Shown: positions 49,916 through 60,937 of the stretch, in pieces
How positions within the stretch are numbered: the stretch's first letter is position 1
How the letters are laid out: each line of letters starts with the position of its first letter
Assembly (NCBI GenBank): GCA_049517415.1
Contig: JBEKSC010000012.1
Location: 14,107 to 78,106 of the forward strand
Direction: 5' to 3'
DNA: 64,000 bases
Origin: Candidatus Bathyarchaeia archaeon
Lineage (GTDB): Archaea > Thermoproteota > Bathyarchaeia > 40CM-2-53-6
Notes under the pieces: generated by a model
What the model was told of the DNA's origin: nothing
The model's database searches: none
What the model saw: the letters and a program-made list of their open reading frames with translations, nothing else
Made by a program: the position numbers and the translations under genes

Positions 49916-50140
49916 TTTCGAATGGGTGAATGATGACCCATCTTGGAATCTGGTGCAGATAAAGAGTGGCAAGCTTTCTTGCGTCCTTGAGTCTTTCTAG
50001 AGACGTTGCCAGATATGGAACTTGGCCTCAATCCTGGCTGGGTCCGTTCAAGTAATTTTGAAAAGGACATTGTTCAACGCGTTGTTTTTGAGCGCGTCAG
50101 AACGATTATGAATTGCTGAGGTTAGCTAGGGATTAGGCTT

Positions 50141-51214
50141 ATGCCGGAAAAATCGTATTCTCATCTTGAGAAGCCATTCAGGTTCATCGTCGACGCACAT
50201 GAAGACATAGCATATAATGCTGTGCTAGGACGTGATTTCAGGCTTTCAGCTCTCGAGAAACGGAAGTTCGAAATCCCGCCAGACAGCGACAAGGGAATCG
50301 CGACCGTTGGTTTGCCCGAACTCCTCCAAGCAGATGTACGCATAGTTTTCGCAACTCTGTGGGCCGCGCCCTGCAACATGCCCGACCCTAAGGCCAAACC
50401 ATGCTACGAAACCCCACAGCAGGCCTATGATTTGGCAAGAAAGCAACTCGAATACTACAACGACCTCGCCAAAGACCCACGTATCGCACTGATTCGCTCA
50501 AGAACCGACATTGACCGCGTACTGAAGCCAGACAGTTCACTTCTCGGCGTGGTTTTACTCATGGAAGGAGCTGACCCAATCATAACCCCCCAACAGGCCC
50601 GAGAATGGTTTGAAGCTGGTGTGCGAATCGTCGGCCCAGCTTGGCACGCAACCCGTTACGCGGGCGGTACACAAATGCCGGGACCGCTTACCGGACTCGG
50701 CCGCGAATTAATGAAAGAGATGGAAAAAACAGGCCTAATCCTGGACATATCGCATATTGCTGAGGCTAGTTTCTTTGAGGCGTTGGAACTATTCCATGGA
50801 CCCGTGATAGCCAGCCACTCCAATTGCCGCACCATCGTCCCAACTGACAGGCAGCTGAGCGACGAAATGATCTCCGCCCTCATAGCACGCGAAAGCGTCA
50901 TTGGGACAGTGCTGTACAACAAATTTTTGCAACCAGACTGGAAGCAAACGGACGGAAAATCCAAAGTCACATTGGCAGACGTCGTGAAACACATTAGCCA
51001 TGTGTGCGACCTGGCCGGTGACAGACTCCACGTTGGTATCGGTTCTGATTTTGACGGTGGCTTTGGAGCTGAAAGCATCCCCGCCGAATTAGACACAGCG
51101 GCAGACCTCCAGAAGATTAGTGAAGCACTCGGCGACGTCGGCTTTTCCCAAACCGACATCGACAACACCCTTGGCGGTAACTGGGTCAGACTGCTTAGAC
51201 GCGCGCTCCCATGA
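50141..51214 (+). CDS. Membrane dipeptidase (peptidase M19)
   Basis: DAHED, LMEGA, D.SH, ASHSN, GSDFDGG. Confidence 0.92.
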   Translation: MPEKSYSHLEKPFRFIVDAHEDIAYNAVLGRDFRLSALEKRKFEIPPDSDKGIATVGLPELLQADVRIVFATLWAAPCNMPDPKAKPCYETPQQAYDLARKQLEYYNDLAKDPRIALIRSRTDIDRVLKPDSSLLGVVLLMEGADPIITPQQAREWFEAGVRIVGPAWHATRYAGGTQMPGPLTGLGRELMKEMEKTGLILDISHIAEASFFEALELFHGPVIASHSNCRTIVPTDRQLSDEMISALIARESVIGTVLYNKFLQPDWKQTDGKSKVTLADVVKHISHVCDLAGDRLHVGIGSDFDGGFGAESIPAELDTAADLQKISEALGDVGFSQTDIDNTLGGNWVRLLRRALP

Positions 51215-51234
51215 CGAACATGCTGCTTGAGGCT

Positions 51235-52494
51235 CTACGGCGTTGTGCTTTGAAGACGGGCTGACCTGATAGGCAAGTTCCTTAGAAGCGCAGACGCGCC
51301 TGCATAATCGTCCTGCGGCAAGAATCGCCTAATCAAAACGATTGTTGCGAATATTGCAAGGCCACCGGCAACCATGGGAGCCGGGTAGCCGAAGGTGAGA
51401 TACAGCCCCGCGGCTACTATCGGGCCTGCGATACGGACGAGGTAGACCGATGTTGCCAGAGCCCCAAGCATTTCTCCCCTTCTCCCTTCGGGGAACATGG
51501 CCGCCGACAGGTGGAATTGTGCCGGCACCCAAGTTGAGATCGCGAAACCCCACACGATCCCGTATAGAGGAACTAGAGGCTCAACCGGGTAGAATGCCCA
51601 TCCCAATACCATAAACGCTCCCAGGATTTCCGATATCATAAGCAGCCTTCTCGCACCGATGCGGTGCGTCAACCACCCACCCGGAACGGTGCCGAATACA
51701 ACTCCGATGGGCTGCGTAAGGGCGACAACCCCGAATTCAAACTGGGTGAAACCCCGAGTTGAGAGAAGCGCATACAAGATTCCAGTTCCGAGCGACCAAG
51801 CCGTTGCGTCCATCATGAAGATGCTGAAGAACCCTCGGAACTGGGTGATACCCTCCCACGTAGCCTTAAGACTGACCGGAGCCCTGTGAATCACAGTCGC
51901 TACCCCTTTGTCTCGAACCTTGGCGAAGAGCAAACCGAAGCCAACGGTCTCCAGCCCGGCCGCGAGCACCAGGAGAAGCGGGGGACTTAGAGAACCCCCG
52001 TACTGTCCCGCAAGGAATCCGGTAACTGAACCGGGTATGAAACTTGCAACTAGCATTGTGCTATAGACTCTCGAACGGTCAGCCGTCTCGATGTAGTCGG
52101 CCATCATCGCGTCAATTACCGGGAGCGACAGCAGACTGAGGCCCCAGAGGAGATAGGCGAGGTATACGAGCGCTGAGGAACCGTAGAAGAATGCACTCGC
52201 AGATGTCAGCCAGCACGCGATAAGGAAACCGCTTCCTGCAAGAATCAGCCTCCTGCGTCCCCGGCGGTCCGAGAACCTCCCTCCCACCACTTGCATTAAA
52301 CCGGATATCGCTCCGTTTCTTCCCGCGCCACTCTCTAAGACGCCGATTGTAGCGACAGAGATTCCGAGAGCAACCATCCACGGCTGCCAAAAGATCCTGA
52401 TGTACCCAAGATACATGCCCTGGAGCACGTTGTAAACGATCAGCGTACGGACAGCCGGCTCGGAAGAGAAAACCCTCGCGCCAAGCGGAACCAT
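51235..52494 (-). CDS. MFS transporter
   Basis: GGRFSDRRGRRR motif A; 12 TM; start uncertain. Confidence 0.88.
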   Translation of the reverse strand: MVPLGARVFSSEPAVRTLIVYNVLQGMYLGYIRIFWQPWMVALGISVATIGVLESGAGRNGAISGLMQVVGGRFSDRRGRRRLILAGSGFLIACWLTSASAFFYGSSALVYLAYLLWGLSLLSLPVIDAMMADYIETADRSRVYSTMLVASFIPGSVTGFLAGQYGGSLSPPLLLVLAAGLETVGFGLLFAKVRDKGVATVIHRAPVSLKATWEGITQFRGFFSIFMMDATAWSLGTGILYALLSTRGFTQFEFGVVALTQPIGVVFGTVPGGWLTHRIGARRLLMISEILGAFMVLGWAFYPVEPLVPLYGIVWGFAISTWVPAQFHLSAAMFPEGRRGEMLGALATSVYLVRIAGPIVAAGLYLTFGYPAPMVAGGLAIFATIVLIRRFLPQDDYAGASALLRNLPIRSARLQSTTP

Positions 52495-52833
52495 CCGGCG
52501 AGAGACGGACATCCGGATTCTCGAGAGCATGTTAAAGAAGCCCCGCAAATCGATAATACATGTTACAATCCCAAACGTTCTTTCTTTTTTTCTTAACAGT
52601 TCCTATCAGCAATGCGGTCCCTGAAACGACAGAGTGGCTTGGAAAATCGGTTCTTGCTTGTCTTCTTCAAAGCATAATCAAAGAATCTTCTATTTGTACC
52701 ATCGTGAGAAGTCCATCGCAACTATTCTTCCAATATCAACAATCTTCATTGTCGCGCGCTTCCTTCACTTCTGAGTCTCAAACCCATGGATGATGATAAA
52801 AGAATATTACCTTGATCCATCACTTCTCGAAAC

Positions 52834-53007
52834 ATGCCGTTTTGCAATAAATGCGGAAAATATTCAGCACAAATCCCTTGCCCGTATTGTGGCTTCAATC
52901 CTATCGCACAAAGTCAAGCACAAACAATGAAGACTTGTGTAAGTTGCGGCGCACTAAACCTTAGAGAGGCGCAATGGTGTGTTAAATGCAACAGATCGTT
53001 GTCTTGA
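52834..53007 (+). CDS. 57-aa double zinc-ribbon micro-protein (not in ORF track)
   Basis: MPFCNKCG...CPYCG...CVSCG...CVKC. Confidence 0.8.
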   Translation: MPFCNKCGKYSAQIPCPYCGFNPIAQSQAQTMKTCVSCGALNLREAQWCVKCNRSLS

Positions 53008-53243
53008 CCAAACACCTTTCAGGAGCGATCGAATTGACGCTGCAGCAATCGGATAGTACTGGTTTGAGGACGCCAGCTTAGACGAAATTCCAGTCGGCAA
53101 GATGAAACATCTCGAAGTGATAGTCGGCTTCAGCTGTCGGTTTTGGAAAGTCTGGACGTAGAAGAACTTCTTTCAACCTGTATCTTGAGTAGGCAGCGTG
53201 AAATATTGAAGATGGGATGTAACAGTTTGCAAGGCGATGCGAA

Positions 53244-53816
53244 GTGAGCGACCTGATTCTAAACAAAGCGAAAACGGCCCTAGTAGTCATCGACCTCCAA
53301 AAAGGAATCACGACGATGTCGACTGAGCCATACGACACGAAGACTGTAATTTCTAACGCTGTGAAACTGGCTAACGCTTTCAGAGAGAACAAGATGCCTG
53401 TCTTCCTTGTGCATGTCTCCTTTTCAAAGGAGACAGCCCTCCAACCAATCGCTGACCTTGCAATGTCTTCAAGAGGGAAGATGCCTGTGGATTGGGCGGA
53501 CATAGTGCCAGAGCTGGGGCCTGCGCCTTCTGACGTGATAATAACCAAGAGGCAGTGGGGGGCGTTCTACGGAACCGACCTTGATCTTAGGCTCAGACGC
53601 GGAGGAATTGAAGCAATTGTGCTTGCAGGCATTGCAACGACTTACGGTGTGGAAAGCACCGCAAGGTTCGCGTATGAATATGGCTACCATCAAGTCTTCG
53701 CTGAAGACGCCATGTCAGACCGTTCCACGGAAGCTCATAAGAGTTCGATCGAGTTCGTCCTGAAAAGGATTGGAAGAGTCAGGAAAACTGCAGAAATTCT
53801 GCAAGCGCTGAAATGA
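53244..53816 (+). CDS. Isochorismatase-family hydrolase
   Basis: VIDLQKG, KRQWGAFYGTDLD, GIAT..GVESTAR. Confidence 0.92.
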   Translation: MSDLILNKAKTALVVIDLQKGITTMSTEPYDTKTVISNAVKLANAFRENKMPVFLVHVSFSKETALQPIADLAMSSRGKMPVDWADIVPELGPAPSDVIITKRQWGAFYGTDLDLRLRRGGIEAIVLAGIATTYGVESTARFAYEYGYHQVFAEDAMSDRSTEAHKSSIEFVLKRIGRVRKTAEILQALK

Positions 53817-53908
53817 TGGCGCACCAGGCAAGCCCTCAGAGTTCTTGAGGCTTTGGAAACATAAAGCGCTTAGAAAGAGGGGTTTGACCTAGGTTAACTA
53901 GGTCGAGT

Positions 53909-54154
53909 CTACTCGCCTGTTTCGTATTCGATTGCCTCATGATCGATGACTTTCAGCGTAATGTCGGAGCCCAAGTCTTCCAATGCTTCGTCGTATTCGT
54001 CATCAGTCCAGTTCACGGTAAATGTTTCTGTTGCCCATTCGTTTCCGTCTTTGTATTCAAGTGTCAGCTGAGACTGTCCCTTGTCGATTGCGATGAGTCT
54101 ACCGAAAATTAGTCGTGCTGAAGTCCAATCTTTCTGTTCTTGTTCCACTACCAT
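53909..54154 (-). CDS. Small acidic hypothetical protein
   Basis: GAGGAGG RBS; beta-rich acidic 81-aa ORF. Confidence 0.6.
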   Translation of the reverse strand: MVVEQEQKDWTSARLIFGRLIAIDKGQSQLTLEYKDGNEWATETFTVNWTDDEYDEALEDLGSDITLKVIDHEAIEYETGE

Positions 54155-54331
54155 CCCTCCTCTTCCTCTTCTTGTTGCTGTTGTTGTTGCAGCTACGAGG
54201 TGTAAGACACTCGTAGCTAACGTCTGTTGTCTGGCTATTGTATTTAAAATCAGACGTTTGGCGATAGCTCATGGCCCTCTCCTCGGAAATCGTGGAAATC
54301 AAAACGAGACAACCATCAATCCAGATTAGAT

Positions 54332-55783
54332 TCAGCCATGGATGTTTTGCTCCACAATCCTTACTTTTGGTTTGTACTTCGAGCTTCCTCTAAGCACTGA
54401 AGGTGGAATCGCAGCGACGTTGACGATTGCGAGCCAGAAATACGCGCTGCTGAGTCCTCTTATGAAAAGGATTTTGTCCGAGGCCGTTATCGCAAGCGGG
54501 TTTATCGCAGATACTATCTGCGTTATCATTTGATAGGGAACCACCAGGGTCATTATAAGCACAGCAGCATTGAGGCTGATCACATAACCAACTTGAAAGA
54601 AGGTTGCTCTAAATGCGGATGCGATCCCCCTTCGTTTCTCAGGTACGGAACCCATTATCGAACTTATGTTTGGAGAAACGAACAACCCCATGCCTACTCC
54701 AACGAGTATCATGTAAACAATCACGAATAATATTGGGGTTGCAATCGTGACGGTCGAGAAAAGATACAGACCAACGCTCGCAAGGGTAAGTCCGGAAGTC
54801 GTGAATGGAAGGTGTCCGAACTTATCGGAGAATCTTCCACTCAACGGCCCGAAGATAAGAAACGCTATGTCAAACGGTATTATTCCCACTCCAGCCTCCA
54901 GAGGACTCATATCCAGAATTAGCTGCAGGTAAAGGCTGAGCAGCAAAAGAAATGCCCCCCACGCTATTGCGTTCAGCAATTGAGCGATCACCCCTCCAGT
55001 AAATTCCCTTATCCTCAACAAACTCAAGTCGAGCAGCGGATACTTCTCCCTGCTTTCATACACAACGAAAATTGCAAGAGTCACCGCGCTGACGACCAAC
55101 AGTCCGTAAACCACAAGTTCTTCAGACAATCCATACGCATCATAAGTCAGCGCAAGCACAAAACTCGTAATCGAAATCGAAAAAGATACGAACCCGAACC
55201 AATCCACCGGAGTCTTCTTCTCTACTTTGGCTATTTCCTTCAGTCTATGATGCGCCCAGAACGTCCCGAAGATTCCTATAGGGATGTTCACGTAGAAAAG
55301 CGCCCTCCAATCGAAGAAGGATAGAATCAATCCACTTAACGTCAACCCAGCCATTGCGCCGAACCTAAAAGCAATCTGATTAACTCCAAGAGAAAGCCCA
55401 AGCTCCTTCCTTGGAGTCGCATCAACAATCATCGCCACGCTGTTTATGAACAGCATCGCAACCCCAAGCCCCTGCAATCCTCTCCACAGAATGAACTGAT
55501 TCGGATCCTGAGAAACACTAGTTAGAGCCGAACCGATCGTGAAGATCGCGAACCCGGCGGTGTAAATTCTTACTCTTCCCACTATGTCCGTGAGTCTTCC
55601 GATGAGAAGCAGCACAATGGTGCCGATGAGGACGTAGGATTGCGTGAACCAGACGGCTTGCTCGATATCTGCATGCAATGCCGCAGCGACCTGCGGAAGG
55701 CCAATGATAACTATTCGCGAGTCGATACCGTCCATCAATACTCCGACGGTAGTTACCGTAAGGACGACCCACTTGTATTTCAT
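54332..55783 (-). CDS. DHA2-type 14-TM MFS efflux transporter
   Basis: D..IV.I.LP, GRL.D..GR, WR.LFY.N.P.G. Confidence 0.92.
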   Translation of the reverse strand: MKYKWVVLTVTTVGVLMDGIDSRIVIIGLPQVAAALHADIEQAVWFTQSYVLIGTIVLLLIGRLTDIVGRVRIYTAGFAIFTIGSALTSVSQDPNQFILWRGLQGLGVAMLFINSVAMIVDATPRKELGLSLGVNQIAFRFGAMAGLTLSGLILSFFDWRALFYVNIPIGIFGTFWAHHRLKEIAKVEKKTPVDWFGFVSFSISITSFVLALTYDAYGLSEELVVYGLLVVSAVTLAIFVVYESREKYPLLDLSLLRIREFTGGVIAQLLNAIAWGAFLLLLSLYLQLILDMSPLEAGVGIIPFDIAFLIFGPLSGRFSDKFGHLPFTTSGLTLASVGLYLFSTVTIATPILFVIVYMILVGVGMGLFVSPNISSIMGSVPEKRRGIASAFRATFFQVGYVISLNAAVLIMTLVVPYQMITQIVSAINPLAITASDKILFIRGLSSAYFWLAIVNVAAIPPSVLRGSSKYKPKVRIVEQNIHG

Positions 55784-55910
55784 GAGTGTCCAACCGTATT
55801 TCGTACACTAAATTTAGAAATCAATTTTGACTACGCGCATCAGAATGCTCGGTCAAGCTCTGTGTTATGGTAGAACAAGCCGGCTAAGTTTGCGCCAAGC
55901 TTGAAGTTGC

Positions 55911-56597
55911 TCAGATCGATTTTGCGGCGTCCTTCACCATGTCACAGGCTTTAGGCGACACGAGTGGCTTTCCGTGGCCGCTTAACATTGTCTCGAAGCT
56001 CAGCTGTGAAATTTTTTGAATCGACTGTCTCGCTTGACTCATGTCAGGCGTAAACGGTCTTGGGGGCCCTTCTATTTTCCCACCGTGATATCGGAGTGTA
56101 TCGCCAACGAACACGACCTTCCGGTTCTTGTCGTAGAGAGCTATGCTGCCAGGTGTGTGCCCTGGAGTGTGCACCACCAGGAGGCTTTCTCCGACGATGT
56201 CATTTTCCTTCAACCTCAAGTCTGGTTCAACTGGCGCCATTCTGAAGAAAGGTGAGAGCAGCGAGAAGAAGAATCCCATGAAACCCCGAGGAGAAGGATG
56301 GAGGGCTTTCCCGGAAACAAAGTCAGCATCCGCCTCGTGAACGGCCAGCTTTGCTCCAGTGGATGCCTTGAGGCTGGCGGCCCCTCTGGAATGATCCATG
56401 TGGCAATGCGTCAAAACGATGGTTCTAACATCTGAGAGCCGCCGACCGAGCTTAGATATGATGTATTCAGCTATCTTCTTACCGTCCTTCGCCATTCCTG
56501 TGTCAACGAGAATCAGAGAACCATCCTTGTCAAACACCAAATAGCTGTTCGCATTCACACCATCTACTTGGTGCACGCCGTCAAGAATTTCCGTCAA
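55911..56597 (-). CDS. MBL-fold metallo-hydrolase
   Basis: THCHMDH, TPGHTPG, GD, GHG. Confidence 0.92.
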   Translation of the reverse strand: MTEILDGVHQVDGVNANSYLVFDKDGSLILVDTGMAKDGKKIAEYIISKLGRRLSDVRTIVLTHCHMDHSRGAASLKASTGAKLAVHEADADFVSGKALHPSPRGFMGFFFSLLSPFFRMAPVEPDLRLKENDIVGESLLVVHTPGHTPGSIALYDKNRKVVFVGDTLRYHGGKIEGPPRPFTPDMSQARQSIQKISQLSFETMLSGHGKPLVSPKACDMVKDAAKSI

Positions 56598-56870
56598 CCT
56601 CAACACTAATTGGCGGTGACGCTTTACTCGGCTAAAAGCTATCTTCACGGGAATCTTCCGTAGGCACGCTTCTGCTGTGAGTATAGACTCTCGTTACTAG
56701 AACCGACTACCATCAGACGATGAAGAACTTTCGAAGCTATGTGGGAATGTATTGAACTGACGATGTTGACGCATATGGCAGCTAGCATGCTGAGGATTCC
56801 GCAGAGGTGGATTTTCCAAAACTAAGACTCGTCCCGTGAGCTTATTGCTCCTCGCGGTAATGCGAGACTC

Positions 56871-57485
56871 ATGCCTTACCAATTCAAGTTCGACCTGACA
56901 CGGCTATCCCAATCGTTCTTCACAGGAATTGCGGTGGCTGCCCAAAAGAGAAAGCTGCACAGAAGAATTGGCGAGGTAACTCTGCGTCTTCTTGAACGAT
57001 TCAGAGTTCAGGAGATCACAGGGTTGGATTTTACTCAAGCTCTGACGCTCCTCGAGGACTTGATAGATATCCAGACTAAGAATTTCAACAACCGGGAAAG
57101 ATTCGTAAAAACTTCCAGGCGAGTGCTACTGCTTCCTCACTGCTCAAGGAAGTATATGGACAATCGATGTAAAGCCGTCTTCGATTCTACCATTCCATCA
57201 TACAGCTGCTCTCACTGTTCACCAGACTGCCTGGTAAACCAAGCGACGGTCGCTGGGGAGGAGAAAGGGTACGATGTTTATGTTCTGCCAGGTGGATCGT
57301 GTATCCATCAGATTCTGCAAGAAGGCAGTTATGAAGCGCTTGTGGGAGTCGCCTGCGGCGAGGAGATCAAGTTAGCTGAAGGGCTGTTAGAGAAGACGGG
57401 GCTGCCAGGTCAAAATGTGCCTCTAATCAGGAATGGTTGCGCCAATACAACATTCAACCTACAGGCCCTGAAGAAAGTCCTGTAA
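56871..57485 (+). CDS. DUF116 domain protein
   Basis: LLLPHC, C..C...C, PGGS, GVAC..E, GC..T. Confidence 0.85.
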   Translation: MPYQFKFDLTRLSQSFFTGIAVAAQKRKLHRRIGEVTLRLLERFRVQEITGLDFTQALTLLEDLIDIQTKNFNNRERFVKTSRRVLLLPHCSRKYMDNRCKAVFDSTIPSYSCSHCSPDCLVNQATVAGEEKGYDVYVLPGGSCIHQILQEGSYEALVGVACGEEIKLAEGLLEKTGLPGQNVPLIRNGCANTTFNLQALKKVL

Positions 57486-57793
57486 GTCTACGAAAGATAG
57501 GAAAGGAGTTGCCCTCATAGTAATATGCGTGGTTCAAATCCAGATTCCGCGGCGTTGGGCGAGTTTACTGGACTGGTTTTGGATGCAACGAATTCAGCAT
57601 AGTTCGCGACCGAGTGAGGATGGTTCGAGGCATAAAGTAACCCGATAGTCCACACACAGCGTCTCTAAGTCAGAGGTGGTGAAGGGGGTTCTGACCGCAA
57701 CTTACCAGCACACATAAGCCGTGGCTTATCGAGGTTGATGTATGGGAAGCGATAAAGCATTGATGTTTGTATTACTGATGGCGTTGTTTAGCC

Positions 57794-57907
57794 ATGATGT
57801 CTAAGTTCGAAAAGGAAGGACAACGATTTGTGTGCGATAAATGTGGTTTCGAAACGAACAGTTCAGAAATCTTCCCTTTACACAAGAAGAATTGTCCTAG
57901 AGTTTAG
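57794..57907 (+). CDS. 37-aa CxxC-H-C zinc-finger micro-protein (not in ORF track)
   Basis: MMSKFEKEGQRFVCDKCGFETNSSEIFPLHKKNCPRV. Confidence 0.6.
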   Translation: MMSKFEKEGQRFVCDKCGFETNSSEIFPLHKKNCPRV

Positions 57908-58235
57908 TTTGCTCTGCCCGCACCAGTAAGCTCTCACACATCCGCTGAACGAGCAACGATTGTTGCGGGAAGAATCCAATCAGAACCCCCTACTTTTTGT
58001 GTTCCTTGAAATTTGGGTACTGAGTCGTCAGAGGACATACACTCGAAGGAACTGGTAACGGTAAATTACCGTGTGCGGGGCCCACTCGCGACAAGGTTGA
58101 AGTTCCGCGGACGAAAATTTGAATCCGGCGAAGGATACTTAAGTAGAGGGCGGCCCCTGTCATGGGCATAGACAGAGGGTTCAAATTCTTGGTCTTATCC
58201 AATGTCTAACAGAGATCGAAAGTGGTGAGCATAAC

Positions 58236-58562
58236 ATGACGGAACAGGAAAAAATCGAACCGACCCTACCTACTCGGCAGAGCGGACGCGCCCCCAATAC
58301 CATCTTCATTGGGCAGAAGCCCATTATGGCGTATGTTACGGCTATCATTATGCAATTAGGCAGCGGCAGCAGTGAGCTTTCAATTAAAGCGAGAGGGCGG
58401 GCGATATCAGCAGCTGTTGACGTCGTCGAAGTGTGCAGGAGAAGATTCTTCGAAGGCAAGCTTCAGGTGAAAGACATCATCATAGGAACCGAGCAACTGG
58501 GCGAGGAAGGACAAGTACGAAACGTCTCAACAATCGAGATCAAAGTGGCAAAACAGACCTAG
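58236..58562 (+). CDS. albA: DNA/RNA-binding protein Alba
   Basis: IFIGQKP.MAYV, IKARGRAIS.AVDV.E, VS.IEI; GGTGA RBS. Confidence 0.96.
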   Translation: MTEQEKIEPTLPTRQSGRAPNTIFIGQKPIMAYVTAIIMQLGSGSSELSIKARGRAISAAVDVVEVCRRRFFEGKLQVKDIIIGTEQLGEEGQVRNVSTIEIKVAKQT

Positions 58563-58730
58563 CGGCGACAATAGAACTACACAATGAAGGTAAGATCTCC
58601 AACTCCGGCTGGCTTTGACTGTTCGCAGAGTTCTCTATGAAAAGAATGGCTCATTGACAGATTTTCACCGAAGTAAGGAAGGGTTAAATCCGTATCAAAC
58701 TGCACGAGCGCAATTCGGTCGTTACTCATC

Positions 58731-59054
58731 ATGCAGTTCTGCCCAAAATGTCATCTGGCAATGATTCCAAGAAAGAAGGAAAAAGCGGTTGTGCTTGTAT
58801 GCCCAAGGTGTGGGGAAGAGACTAGACGTTCGGATCCGATGGTAAAGAAACTTGGAACTGCAAGGGAATCTGTCGTGGTAATCAGTAAGGAAGAGGAGAA
58901 GAGCATACAGACTCTACCCACAACGTCAGTCATCTGCCAAAAATGTGGACATGGTGAGGCTTTCTATTGGATGGTGCAGACGCGAGGAGGCGATGAAGGC
59001 TCGACCCAGTTCTTCAGATGTACGAAATGCGGAGGAACATGGCGAGAGTATTAA
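58731..59054 (+). CDS. tfs: Transcription factor S (TFS/RpoM)
   Basis: FCPKC zinc ribbon; C-terminal QTR..DE.ST.FF.C.KC...WRE. Confidence 0.93.
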   Translation: MQFCPKCHLAMIPRKKEKAVVLVCPRCGEETRRSDPMVKKLGTARESVVVISKEEEKSIQTLPTTSVICQKCGHGEAFYWMVQTRGGDEGSTQFFRCTKCGGTWREY

Positions 59055-59097
59055 TGAATGGACAACTTGAAACGTGCCTTCGAGCCTGCAGTCTCGT

Positions 59098-59124
59098 TGG
59101 TGCGGGGGAGGGGATTCTGACCCC
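59098..59124 (-). other. Degenerate tRNA-Leu-like 3' end with CCA (possible att scar)
   Basis: GGGGTCAGAATCCCCTCCCCCGCACCA; no 5' half upstream. Confidence 0.55.
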
Positions 59125-59457
59125 AATTTACTGGTACATATAAACCAGGTCGTGGGGCCAATGGGATATGGCCCCACCGTACGGTGGGTTCATTGTGCAG
59201 GACCCCGGTTTTAGACACGGGTGTTCAGAGCTTTGTACTTCATCAATCATCTCTCGGAATTTCTTGACAGCCGCGGCGGCCACAACTTCGAAATTACTGA
59301 CTCCGCTCAAAGTTGCCAGCCGTCCTCCCGGACCGTTTCCAAAGATACCAGGAATAGTGTACGACCTCTAGAACTGTTGACCCAGTGAAGAGAAAAGCCA
59401 ATTCCTTAAGAGGAATACTCAATGAGCTTGAGCCATCTGGCCAAGTCGATTTCCGAC

Positions 59458-60315
59458 TCACCCACCTTGAGACTGAACAAAGAGAGGTTGAAGTAGGTCT
59501 TCAAGAAACATCTTCGTCGTTGCAGCCACATTCTGGAAGGTATCGCCTACCATTGCTTCCGGAAACCTCTTCAGAGTTTTCAACGTTTCATCAAGAATCG
59601 GTTGTGGCAGATACGATAGCTGCCCTCTCAGTGTATCTGCTACGGATTGCTCACTAAGCTTTGGCTGTAATGCGATGAGACATGCTGTATCTTTCAGTCT
59701 TCCAGCCAGACATAGTGACATGCTAGCGGGGTTGCCCTTAGAGAGCTGCCAAGCATCCAGATCCTCACTCGAGGTTCTTAACACGTGATTCGAGTAGGCA
59801 ACTTGATCATCAACGTATCCTTTCTCTGCAAGCAGTCTTGTAACCTCGAAGTCCTTTACCGCAATCGAGATCAGGTAAAGCAAGTTGAATGAATATTCCT
59901 TCGAGAACCCTAATCTCTCCGCAGCTTCTATTAACGGTGCACTGATCGGGAACTCATAATATTCCATGGAGCCATGCAGGACCGAGTGACCCACTTCATG
60001 CCTCAAGGTGCCCATCTGAACAAGCCGCGGCAACCCTCTCATCCTACTCATGCACACGCCTATCCTGGAGGTCCCCCTCCAAGCATCATGCATTGCAATG
60101 AAGCTCTCACCAAGGTCCTCAGAAACCACATGCAGGGCGCTACGTTCGCGTGAGTAGAACCCATGCATACTTGACGGATTCGAGAACAGAAGAAGGTCCA
60201 GGATCTCGACTCCATGAGGCTCCAACCTTTCGTAGCACTCCTGAATTATGCCTAGGATGTCTCTCTCGCTTTCTTCAGGAATTTCTCCAAGCTTTTGGAG
60301 GACGATCTTCATCAC
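59458..60315 (-). CDS. HExxH-motif hypothetical protein
   Basis: LRHEVGHSVLH; GGTGA RBS. Confidence 0.75.
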   Translation of the reverse strand: MMKIVLQKLGEIPEESERDILGIIQECYERLEPHGVEILDLLLFSNPSSMHGFYSRERSALHVVSEDLGESFIAMHDAWRGTSRIGVCMSRMRGLPRLVQMGTLRHEVGHSVLHGSMEYYEFPISAPLIEAAERLGFSKEYSFNLLYLISIAVKDFEVTRLLAEKGYVDDQVAYSNHVLRTSSEDLDAWQLSKGNPASMSLCLAGRLKDTACLIALQPKLSEQSVADTLRGQLSYLPQPILDETLKTLKRFPEAMVGDTFQNVAATTKMFLEDLLQPLFVQSQGG

Positions 60316-60519
60316 TCGGAGAGCTCACCCAACCGTATGAAAGCAATCAATAGGGTCTGTCTTCGCGATGCCGCTGTCTTCTCCCGTGATGTAACAATTG
60401 CTATCTAGCTCCACGTGTAGGGTCACAGGCCGTGGAAACCTAAGATGGCTGACGCACCTTCCTCGGGTCGAGTCGAGTGGTTCAACTGATCCATTAACTC
60501 CAAGAGAGGGAGATTAAGC

Positions 60520-60882
60520 ATGAGGCCTCGAATCGACCGGACCGAGTTTGGCTCGATCACCATCGAGGGGGAGGTAGTAGAGTACGATGTGGTCGTCCGG
60601 CTGAATGGCAAGGTGAAGAAAAGGAAGAAAAAACTGTCCAAGGCGGTCTATGGCACCTCGCACACCATTTCGCTGGACGAAGCCAAGCACGTCTATCAAA
60701 AGGGCGCAGAAGAGCTCATCATCGGTGCCGGGCAACATGGTAACGTAGTGCTCTCAGACGAGGCGGCGACCTATTTCGAGCGAAAAAGGTGCCAGGTGAA
60801 GTTGCTGCCCACTCCTGAGGCGATCCAGATCTGGAACAAGACCGACGGCGCTGTGATCGGGCTGTTCCATGTCACCTGTTGA
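60520..60882 (+). CDS. Mth938-like domain protein
   Basis: FGSITI.G, YGTSH, IG.GQ.G, TPEAI..WN, FHVTC. Confidence 0.88.
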   Translation: MRPRIDRTEFGSITIEGEVVEYDVVVRLNGKVKKRKKKLSKAVYGTSHTISLDEAKHVYQKGAEELIIGAGQHGNVVLSDEAATYFERKRCQVKLLPTPEAIQIWNKTDGAVIGLFHVTC

Positions 60883-60937
60883 TTGAAGCAAAGGGTCCAT
60901 CTCTGGGGAACCGCAAGTAGTTGGTGGGCGCGTAAGA

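Noticed and set aside
53886..53904. GACCTAG-GTTAA-CTAGGTC inverted repeat between convergent genes
   Set aside because: Short and lacking a T-tract; could be chance.
57530..57545. GGTTCAAATCC T-loop-like word
   Set aside because: No acceptor strand or cloverleaf around it.
58058..58072. ACGGTAA-A-TTACCGT palindrome upstream of alba
   Set aside because: Single occurrence with no candidate regulator.
58977..59000. TFS hairpin QTRGGDE instead of QTRSADE
   Set aside because: The catalytic DE pair is retained, so there is no sign of an inhibitory paralogue.
59151..59188. Overlapping hairpins GTGGGGCCA/TGGCCCCAC and CCCACCGTACGGTGGG
   Set aside because: Not repeated and no function assignable; not a CRISPR repeat.
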